Positions 16,741 through 25,200 of a stretch of DNA of 45,154 nucleotides are shown here, piece after piece. Each line of letters starts with the position of its first letter. Within the stretch, counting starts at the first letter, position 1. The stretch covers positions 1 to 45,154 of the forward strand of contig JAGGRW010000001.1 in NCBI GenBank assembly GCA_021159385.1, given 5' to 3'. This DNA comes from Methanosarcinales archaeon (GTDB taxonomy: Archaea > Halobacteriota > Methanosarcinia > Methanosarcinales > Methanogasteraceae). A model generated the notes under the pieces. The model saw only the letters and a list, made by a program, of their open reading frames with translations, did not search any database and was not told where the DNA came from. The position numbers were made by a program, and so were the translations under genes.

Positions 16741-18195
16741 ATGCAAAACAACATCCGAAACAACATCCGAAAAATCCATGCAACCGTACTCGCGAAGATC
16801 AAACCGACCCCCGAAGAACGCGAGAAACTCGCAGAACTCGCACGCAAGATCGAGGGTTATATCGTGGAAGAGGGAGTACCGTGCGAGATGGTGGGGTCTG
16901 CGGCACGGAAAACATGGATTTCCGGAGAACACGATCTGGACATGTTCATAATGCTCCCCACAACCCTCTCGAGAGAGGAACTCGAAGTCGAGGGGCTGCG
17001 CATCGCAAAATCGGTGGCAGACCGTGCAAATAGCTTTGAAATGCGGTATGCAGAGCATCCGTACATCCATGCCAGATTCGGCGAGTACCGGGTCGATCTG
17101 GTGCCGTGCTATCGGGTAAACAGCGTGCGAGAGCTTAAATCCGCGGTCGATCGGACGCCTTTTCACAATCAGTACGTTCTGTCGCGGATCCGCGGATTGG
17201 AGGACAGTGTGCTGCTTCTCAAGCAGTTCATGAAGCGCTCTGGCGTCTACGGCTCGGAACTGCGAGTACGTGGATTTTCCGGCTTTCTCTGCGAACTGCT
17301 GGTCCTCCGCTACGGCTCGTTTCTCGGGGTGCTTGAGGCTGCCAGCGACTGGCAGGAGGGTCTGTTGATCAAGCCCGGAGCCAGCACCGACGCATCCAGG
17401 CGTGCAGCAGGTGTGGGTGCGGGCACAGGCACAGGTACAGATGCGGATGTGGATGCAGAGATCGCCCCCGGAAATCCGTGGGAGCCGCTCTGCGTGATCG
17501 ATCCGACCGATCCGAACCGCAACGTCGCAGCAGCGCTCTCCCTTGACCAGTTCTACACATTCGTGGACGCAGCACGAGGATTTCTGGCAGAGCCGTCCAT
17601 CGGGTACTTCTTTGCAGAGCCAAAACCCCGCATGACCGAACATGAGATACTCGCGGCAATTGCGGAGCGGGGCACCGATCTCCTTGCAGTCGTCTTCGGA
17701 ATTCCGGACATGGTCGAAGACATAGTATACCCACAATTATATAAAATGGAGCAGTCGGTGCTCACTCTCCTGAAGGAGCATGGATTCGCAGTGCATAGAA
17801 GCTCTGTCGGGGTTCAGGTTCAGTCTGCGGGCGGCGAGGGTGGGGCTGAGGGGGGCGACAACGTCGTGCTGCTGATCGAACTGATGTCAGGATCGCTTCC
17901 GCCGCTTATGAAGCACGATGGTCCGCCTGTGTACATGCGGAAGCACGCAGAGCGATTCAAAATGAAGTTTGAGGATGAAGAGACGTTTTCCGGCGTGTAT
18001 ATCGAGAACGGGCGGTATGTTGTGGATGTATATCGTAAATATGCATCGGCAAAGCACCTGCTGGAATCAAAGCTTTTGTCCTGTGCGCTCGGAAAACAGA
18101 TGTACGAGTGCGCCTCTCTGGGATATACGGTGCTCGAAGGCGAAGAGGTCGTTTACGCTGCTGATTTTGAGTTTTTGAGCAGATTTTTCAGGTAA
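16741..18195 (+). CDS. cca: CCA-adding enzyme (archaeal class I tRNA nucleotidyltransferase)
   Basis: VLAKIKPTPEEREKL...MVGSAARKTWISGEHDLDMFIMLP...RTPFHNQYV...VIDPTDPNRNVAAALS are archaeal CCA signatures. The ATG at 16741 is preferred over the ORF-track start at 16663 by comparison with typical family N-termini. Confidence 0.85.
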   Translation: MQNNIRNNIRKIHATVLAKIKPTPEEREKLAELARKIEGYIVEEGVPCEMVGSAARKTWISGEHDLDMFIMLPTTLSREELEVEGLRIAKSVADRANSFEMRYAEHPYIHARFGEYRVDLVPCYRVNSVRELKSAVDRTPFHNQYVLSRIRGLEDSVLLLKQFMKRSGVYGSELRVRGFSGFLCELLVLRYGSFLGVLEAASDWQEGLLIKPGASTDASRRAAGVGAGTGTGTDADVDAEIAPGNPWEPLCVIDPTDPNRNVAAALSLDQFYTFVDAARGFLAEPSIGYFFAEPKPRMTEHEILAAIAERGTDLLAVVFGIPDMVEDIVYPQLYKMEQSVLTLLKEHGFAVHRSSVGVQVQSAGGEGGAEGGDNVVLLIELMSGSLPPLMKHDGPPVYMRKHAERFKMKFEDEETFSGVYIENGRYVVDVYRKYASAKHLLESKLLSCALGKQMYECASLGYTVLEGEEVVYAADFEFLSRFFR

Positions 18196-18340
18196 AAGAT
18201 GTTTATTTACCAAATGGCGATCGATAAGATGTTTTATGTGAGTTCATGAGGACGAATCAATCTTTTTGGCTCTCTCTGTAATTCGCGTTGCAAGCACTTT
18301 TTCACTCTTCCAGAGGATCTGGCCATAGTAAGGAAGATTA

Positions 18341-18423
18341 AACCACAGAGAGCACAGAGGGTCACAGAGAGTTGTTATTTCTCTCTTTCGCCCCCTCTTG
18401 TGCTCTCTGTGTCCTCTGTGGTT
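18341..18423. repeat. Imperfect palindromic element built from cacagag words
   Basis: The left arm is aaccacagagagcacagagggtcacagagag. The reverse complement of the right arm is aaccacagaggacacagagagcaca.... The outer 10 bp aaccacagag/ctctgtggtt are perfect. It lies between the convergent cca and V4R-like genes. Confidence 0.7.
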
Positions 18424-18487
18424 TTCCGAAACTTTATTTCGAAAATATCGAATTTGGTCATCACAATCAGCCGGATCCTTTCAGACT

Positions 18488-19021
18488 TCACTCAATCACA
18501 AACTCGCAGTACGGATCGCCCGCACACATCCGCAGTCTCCGGTTGAGCCGGCACCCACGATCGGAATCGATGCCGGCGTAGGTTGCATGAACAATGCCCA
18601 TGAGATGGCACTCGCAGATCATGTCAGGCGAACACAGATCTGTTAATATGCCAGAGTACGGGCAGTTCATGACTCTCAATGCGGGTTTCCCGTCCACCCG
18701 GGTAAGTTCGGTCTGTATACCTGAGAGCAGGCACATAAGCTCGATCGTCGCCAGACCCGCACCGATATCGGTAGCACCAGTTGCGCCGGTGACATCGCCG
18801 CTCTTCTGCAGGTTCTCCCCGTCCGAGCGTCCGGTCTCGTAGCAGGCGCTGCGGATGATGGCAGTCCCGCCTTCTGACCTGCTGACCCGTTCGAGCACAC
18901 GCCAGAGCACCTTCTCCTGAATGCTCTTCTTTTGCCACCGTTTTCTCGATGTTATCCCGATCAGTTTCCAGTTTCTGGCAAACGTCGAGTACCTGTCGGA
19001 TTTGTGGTGATCGCGCCCCAT
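18488..19021 (-). CDS. Hypothetical protein, possibly V4R-like ligand-binding domain
   Basis: 177 aa. The C-terminus ...MCAGDPYCEFVIE with upstream Cys residues resembles V4R (4-vinyl reductase) domain ends. Weak, memory-based call. Confidence 0.4.
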   Translation of the reverse strand: MGRDHHKSDRYSTFARNWKLIGITSRKRWQKKSIQEKVLWRVLERVSRSEGGTAIIRSACYETGRSDGENLQKSGDVTGATGATDIGAGLATIELMCLLSGIQTELTRVDGKPALRVMNCPYSGILTDLCSPDMICECHLMGIVHATYAGIDSDRGCRLNRRLRMCAGDPYCEFVIE

Positions 19022-19032
19022 AGTACCTGTAC

Positions 19033-19308
19033 CTATGACCTGATAGCCGAATAGAGCATGATCAGAATGCCCGGTATTTCGATCAGTAAAGCGATTATGC
19101 GCGACGTTGATTCCCCTACGTAGTCAGAGAGCAAGAGTCCGGCGAGTATATCGAAATTGCTCCCGAATATCAGTATGAACATCCCGATTGCCAGCATCAG
19201 AAGGTTTTTCTGGTGCGTGTGTGTGTACGCCTCGTATATAAACAAAATGAACGCGCCCCCGAGCAGATATACGATTGCGGTCAGTACTGCCTCAAAACTT
19301 GTTATCAT
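19033..19308 (-). CDS. Small membrane protein (91 aa, about 3 hydrophobic segments)
   Basis: Hydrophobic ORF whose start overlaps the stop of the Lrp/AsnC gene by 17 nt. Confidence 0.45.
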   Translation of the reverse strand: MITSFEAVLTAIVYLLGGAFILFIYEAYTHTHQKNLLMLAIGMFILIFGSNFDILAGLLLSDYVGESTSRIIALLIEIPGILIMLYSAIRS

Positions 19309-19768
19309 GTTGATCCCTTACCTTCCCCTTAACGGTTGAAGATACCTCCTTATGTCGTTTCGTTGTCAGAATGGTGCTCGAATCGAGAACCCCGTCGAGA
19401 TCGTTGATCGTATGCAGAACGCGCTCCTTGAGTGAACTGATATCATGGGTGCGCACCTTTATGAACAGATCGTACGGCTCAAGCAGTTCATAGATCTCGC
19501 AAACGTCCTCGATCTTCTGCAGCCGGTCGATTATGGCGATCCTCCTCTCGGATTCGATATTGATCCCGATGTACGCTGTTACTGTCTGCCCGACGGTTGC
19601 CGGGTCGAGGATGACTGTGAATCGTTCGATTACGCCGGCTTCCTTCAATCGATTGATTCGGTTGTGCACCGTCGAGGGCGCAACCCCCAGTTCCTTTGCG
19701 ACCTCTGTCGTGCTTGCCCTGCCGTTCTCGCAGAGATGCCAGAGAATCGAGCAATCGAGATCGTCCAT
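19292..19768 (-). CDS. Lrp/AsnC-family transcriptional regulator
   Basis: MDDLDCSILWHLCENGRASTTEVAKELGVAPSTVHNRINRLKEAGVIERF (HTH_AsnC), followed by a RAM-like domain (TAYIGINIE...YDLFIKVR). The ORF-track start at 19984 would overlap the divergent gene; the ATG at 19768 (or 19789) is preferred. Confidence 0.8.
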   Translation of the reverse strand: MDDLDCSILWHLCENGRASTTEVAKELGVAPSTVHNRINRLKEAGVIERFTVILDPATVGQTVTAYIGINIESERRIAIIDRLQKIEDVCEIYELLEPYDLFIKVRTHDISSLKERVLHTINDLDGVLDSSTILTTKRHKEVSSTVKGKVRDQHDNKF

Positions 19769-19968
19769 CAGTGTATAGTGGCGTATCATGCGTGATAACA
19801 ATTTCGGACGGACGATAGCGGCATCCACGACCCGCATCCGCCCGCCCGTACAGAAAACATATATATCATCAAACAAATGGTTCTGACGGACTGTATCGGA
19901 GGTGAACGGAGGGAATCTCCGAATATGATAGATCGAACAACCATAACAAACAGATAGGAGGAACAGGT

Positions 19969-21279
19969 TTGAAAATAGCAACATATCTGGCGATTTTCGT
20001 AGTCTTTGCCATCATTCTGGCATCCGGCTGCGTGACTCCGTCAGGTGAAGAAGGCGCGGAACATGCAGAGGAGGCAGGTCATGCGGAAGACGCGAAACCG
20101 GATGAGGGCGCGGGAACCGATGGCGCAGGCGCAGTCAAGATCGGCACATTGCTGCCACTCACAGGAGACCTCTCCGCGTATGGCGGACCTATGGAGGACG
20201 GCGCGCGGCTTGCGATAAAGGGAGTGAACGAGAATGGAGGCGTTCTCGGAAGCGAGATTGTCATCGTGAGCACGGACTCCCGGACATCAGAGGTCGCTGC
20301 GGTCGATGCGATGAACCAGCTGGCAACCATAGATAAGGTTCCGGCGGTGATCGGTGCCGCGGGAAGCGGTCCGAGTCTGGCGATAATAAACATTGCGATT
20401 GCAAACAAGATCGTTCAGATATCACCATCCAACACTGGACCCGACTTCACGACGTACGAGGACGACGGATTCTACTTTAGAACCGTTCCGTCAGACGCAT
20501 TGCAAGGAAAAGCGATGGCGAAACTTGCAAAGGACAGCGGGTACGTTAATGCGAGCACAATCGTCCTGAACAACCCTTACGGAGTAGGATTTGAGGGTGT
20601 CTTCAAGGAAGAGTTCGAGAAACTCGGCGGAACCGTTATGGACAGGGTCAGGTACGATCCGAGCGGGGCGACGTTCGATTCGGAGGTTGACAAAGTCTCT
20701 GCGAACGATCCGGACGCAATCGTCCTCGTTGGCTATCCGGACACGGGAAGCATAGTCCTCAAATCCGCTTACGAGAAAGGCATCATGGAAACGAGCGATT
20801 GGCTTCTCTCAGAAGGAATGCGTACCGATGAACTTGCCGAGAAGGTCGGAAAGGACACCGAGGGCAACTACATCATAGCCGGCTTCGTCGGCACAACGCC
20901 AGACCCGCGAGCCACAGGTCCTGCCCACGACGTCTTTGCCGCGGCTTACGAGGCAGAGTACGGAGAAGCGCCAGCCACGTTCTGCTCAAACACCTACGAC
21001 GCTGCCGCCCTGATCGCTCTTGCGATAGAGAAGTCGGGAAGTGCAGACGGAACCGCGATACGGGATACGCTCCCGAGTGTTGCAAATGCACCGGGAGAGG
21101 AGGTCTCTGACATCGGAACAGCGCTTGCACTGATTCGGGAAGGAAAGGAGATCAATTACCAGGGTGCATCCGGAGAGCTCACCTTTGATGGCGTCGGCGA
21201 TGTCTTTGGCGAATACTGCACGTGGCAGATAGCAGACGACGGAACGATCACGCTGGGCGAAACGATACCGATCGAGTGA
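19969..21279 (+). CDS. ABC transporter substrate-binding lipoprotein, branched-chain amino acid (LivJ/Peripla_BP_6) type
   Basis: TTG start preceded by aggagg. Signal peptide with lipobox LASGC. VKIGTLLPLTGDLSAYGGPMEDGARLAIKGVNENGGVLG is typical of the family. No permease or ATPase genes are adjacent. Confidence 0.85.
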   Translation: MKIATYLAIFVVFAIILASGCVTPSGEEGAEHAEEAGHAEDAKPDEGAGTDGAGAVKIGTLLPLTGDLSAYGGPMEDGARLAIKGVNENGGVLGSEIVIVSTDSRTSEVAAVDAMNQLATIDKVPAVIGAAGSGPSLAIINIAIANKIVQISPSNTGPDFTTYEDDGFYFRTVPSDALQGKAMAKLAKDSGYVNASTIVLNNPYGVGFEGVFKEEFEKLGGTVMDRVRYDPSGATFDSEVDKVSANDPDAIVLVGYPDTGSIVLKSAYEKGIMETSDWLLSEGMRTDELAEKVGKDTEGNYIIAGFVGTTPDPRATGPAHDVFAAAYEAEYGEAPATFCSNTYDAAALIALAIEKSGSADGTAIRDTLPSVANAPGEEVSDIGTALALIREGKEINYQGASGELTFDGVGDVFGEYCTWQIADDGTITLGETIPIE

Positions 21280-21523
21280 TCGGATGAGTGCCTGCCGCCC
21301 GGCGGGTTTTATTTTTGTATCCCCTCCGAATCAGAGGGTAACTCGAAGAAGTATAAATATACAGAGTCCCCAATGACCATGTTATTATTGTCATTTGACA
21401 AGCAATGAATCGCCATACCAGTTGTTTTATCACATCACCCCATTCGATAGAATACTATATACCAGAAGAGTAAAGGTCGTCTCATGAATTCATCAGGGAT
21501 CGCACAAACAGTAGAAACGATAA

Positions 21524-21805
21524 ATGTCCGATCTGATGGAATTCATGATAAGCAACTGTCAGAAGCTTTCCGTCTCCTTCTCCAGCCGAATCGTTGAATT
21601 GAGCAAAAACAATGAAAAATTAAAAGCAGAAAATCAGAAGTTGCGAGATGAAATCAGCCTGATGAAAGGAGAGCAGCCAAAACCAGACATTAAACCTTCC
21701 GGGAAGGAACCAAACGTTGACATCTCTTCAGAAGAAGAAAGAAAACCCAAAAATACTCCAAAAAATAAGAAACCGAAAACAAAGAAAGACAAGATAAAGA
21801 GGTAG
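21524..21805 (+). CDS. Hypothetical coiled-coil / Lys-rich protein, possibly the N-terminal fragment of a transposase
   Basis: 93 aa. NNEKLKAENQKLRDEISLMKGEQPKPDIKP...KKPKTKKDKIKR resembles the leucine-zipper plus basic N-termini of some IS transposases. It sits in an AT-rich region with no further coding continuation. Confidence 0.3.
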   Translation: MSDLMEFMISNCQKLSVSFSSRIVELSKNNEKLKAENQKLRDEISLMKGEQPKPDIKPSGKEPNVDISSEEERKPKNTPKNKKPKTKKDKIKR

Positions 21806-21954
21806 TGTACCAATCCAAGATAGTTAATAGAAATAAAAAAAGTCCGTGTTGTAATATCCGATAAGAGGGTGATTATACGTACATGCTCGATGTCATGCGG
21901 AGTTTTAAAAAGGGTCCAACGGTACAAACAACCTGTAATCTGTGTTCATCAGTG

Positions 21955-21993
21955 TTAATCAGTGGTTGATAAGGGTTTTTAGCCACTGATTAA
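21955..21993. repeat. Perfect 11-bp stem hairpin (ttaatcagtgg / ccactgattaa) inside a word-repeat tract
   Basis: Stem 21955-21965 pairs with 21983-21993 around a 17-nt loop. It is flanked by atctgtgttcatcagtg words and lies about 260 nt downstream of the FG-GAP gene stop. Confidence 0.55.
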
Positions 21994-22251
21994 TGCAGAT
22001 TTCACGGATTTTATCCATCTACGTATTACTATGTTCCCACATAATGCATGTTATGATAAACTATTGTAGATTAGGACACTACCTACTTTTGGAGTGGATA
22101 CAATTTATCTTCCATGATCTTACGCCTCCCTATGGCATCCAGTTACACTGAATCGGTTAAAAAGAGTAGCCTCCGCCGCATCTGCGGGAGCGATCCGCAT
22201 TCAAAAACATCCTACCAATGGTCAGGACTGTGGACAGTTCTGGCTACAAAT

Positions 22252-25200
22252 CTATGTCCCACCCGCAGCATTGAGGATCATGAGAGCGTCGAGAGATGTG
22301 ACTTTGTTGTCGCCGCTGACGTCAGCGGCGGTGAGCGTTGCGGCATCGCACTGGCGGCTGCCGGCTGCGATTGCAAGCGCGATCGCGGCGTCCGCGGGGG
22401 TGACGCTGCCGTCGGAGTTGAGGTCGCCACGTACCTCAACCTCACCGACTGATAGGTAACGGTTGGTGTTTGTGCCCGGGTTGTACGTATCAGTCTGGTG
22501 GGCTTGCATGCCATTGATCCGGAAGGTTACGTCGTCGCCCACATCACACTCACTGCCCGCAACGAGCAGTTTTGGGTCGAATGTGCCAGGACCGCCATAC
22601 ACCCCGATCAAGGTGGTTACGAAGCTTCCTTTCTCAGTTCCATTGATCGCGGCTATGATCTCGGTTCCTGCCGGGGCAGGGTCGCCATCTATTGTGATCG
22701 CGCCATAATATGCCCGAGGAAGCTGTGGCACTTCTGACGAGGATGCAGCCATGAGAGTTGTCATCTCCTCCTCTGCTGCCGATGCCGTTGCCGCCGCCTG
22801 TGCGCCGCCATCGAGTCCACCCAGTTCTCCGGCATCGGTCATGTAGAGCCAGTAACCATTGGTCGGGTACATGGGATTGTCTTCATCGTGGGAACTTCCG
22901 GTCTCGTCATCGTTTACGATCTCGGGCTTGTAGCTCTGGGAGGGGGCGTCAAACCCGATCAGGTGGGTCCATTCGGACTCAACTGTAGTGAGTGTCGAGT
23001 CCGCCGTGACCGGCACCCTTGACGAGTGCCCGATCGCGTTCCAGTTCGCCTCCAGATTCTTGGTCGGCGGGGTGGACGGTGGATTGGTATCGAAGTTGAG
23101 GCTCACAATCTCATCGGTTGTTGAGTAGACCCAGATGCCATCCAGCGTCATCACTATGTCGCTGCCACTCATCATGTTCCATGCACAACCATCGTAGAGG
23201 TAAATGGGGTTACCTCCGGTCTCAACACCTCCAAAGACCTGCTGCACCTCATCGTCCGAGTTATCCAGCATGGCAGGTGTTGCGACAAAGTTCCAGCCCG
23301 ACGAAAGGTTGATACTATCCTTATGAAGCCCGATTACGAAAGTCTCATCGGAGATGTCTGAGTCTTTGTTATCAATGACATCGGTTACCACCACCCGCGC
23401 CCGTGCTTCTTCAGTTTCCACATCCGGAACCGCCCATGCATAAGTCCCGGTATTGGCGATCCCATCAGCTATAGTTGTCCAGTTGTAGCCATCGTCGGTG
23501 GAATAGTAGAGGCTGATCGGTGCTGCCACAAGATTACCTGATGCACTCCAGATGATCTGTGCCTCTTCCCCGCCAATGAGTATCTCCTCTCCGTTGGGTG
23601 AGGTTATCTCAACAGCGGGCGCAGTGTACGGGTATTCCTCGTAGACGATGGAGAGATCGGTGATTGTGGGACTCTTCGCCTTTTCTTCGTCACTGTGGAG
23701 GGACGCTCTGTATCTCCAGACCTTCCCGTTCTGTTCGGAGTAGATCGCCTGACCGTGCGGATCAGTGTAATATGTATCAGGAGTGCCGTCGGGACCAAGG
23801 TACACAAAATTGGTGCCATCATTGCTGGTGCCGATCTGGAATCTGGCACCGGTTCCGCCCGGTTGTGTTACCGGGTTCCAGCTTATGTTGAGCCATCTGA
23901 CGATGTTGCTGCCGTTCACACTGAATTTTTCGGAAGCGAACGCCCCGTACTCAGAGTACCCGGAACCCCCGTATGCGTAAGCCGCACCCGCGTTGCTCCC
24001 GCCATCGTCGTTGTAACGTGCGCCAACGATGACCTCATCGCAACCATCCCCGTTCACATCTCCGGCTGATGCTACAGCGGAGCCGAATTGATCTCCTGCT
24101 GCCTCGCCTGCTGCAGTCCACGAGGCAGTCGCGCTGATGCCTGTTACAGAGCCAAGATAGACGTAAGCCGCACCCGCGTTGTTTCCGCCATCGTCGTTGT
24201 AACATGCGCCAACGGCGATGTCACCACATCCATCTCCATTCACATCCCCGGCTGATGCCACAGACTTGCCAAAGCAATCATAAGCAATCTTGCCCGTTGC
24301 ATTCCACAAAGGAATTGTGTTGAGACCAGAGGCAGAGCCATGATAGACGTAAGCCTTTCCGGCGTTGTTGCCGCCGCAGCCGTTGTGATACGCGCCGATG
24401 ATAATATCGGAATAGCTATCCCCGTCTACATCTCCGGCTGTTGCTACAGAATAACCAAAGTAATCGTCCGCGTCCTCGCCTGTCTCAGTCCACGAGGCGG
24501 TTGTGATGAGCCCTGTTGCAGAGCCATGATAAACGTAAGCCTTCCCGGCATTGCTATAGTCACAATTGCTACGGTAAGCGCCCACGATAACATCTGAATA
24601 ACCATCTCCATTCACGTCCCCTGCTGACGCTACGGAGTAGCCAAAGTAATCGCCTGCTACCTCTCCAGCCACAGTCGATGGGTCAGTTGTTACAAGCCCG
24701 GAGGCAGAGCCAAAGTAGAGATATATCTTCCCTGAATCACTGCCGCTGCAATCGTTTTGATGGGCACCAACAATAACGTCAGAGTAACCATCACCGTTCA
24801 CATCTCCTGCTGACGCTACGGAGTAGCCGAAGTAATCACCTGCTACCTCGCCCGTCGCAGTCCACGAGGCAGTTGTGTTGAGCCCTGTTGCAGAGCCGAG
24901 ATAGACGTAAGCCTTCCCGGTATCGTTGCCGCAGCTATCGTTTTGATGGGCACCAACGATAACGTCAGAGTAACCATCATTGTTCACATCCCCGGCTGAT
25001 GCCACAGAGTGACCGAAGTGATCTCCCATACCTTCTCCTGTCGCAGCCCATGCGGCAATCGCGCTGATGCCTGTTGCAGAGCCATGATAAACGTAAGCCG
25101 CACCCGCGTCGTTGTAAGCGCCGACGATAACGTCAGAGTAACCATCACCGTTCACATCTCCTGCCGATGCTACGGACCAGCCGAAGTAATCCGATGCCGC

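Noticed and set aside
16660-17736. 358-aa ORF on the minus strand
   Set aside because: It is entirely antisense to the well-supported cca gene. Its Cys/Arg/His-rich composition has no recognisable motifs, which is typical of shadow ORFs in GC-rich coding sequence.
18372-18646. 69-aa and 82-aa plus-strand ORFs (LCALCVLCG…)
   Set aside because: They are translations of the cacagag palindromic element and of the antisense strand of the V4R-like gene.
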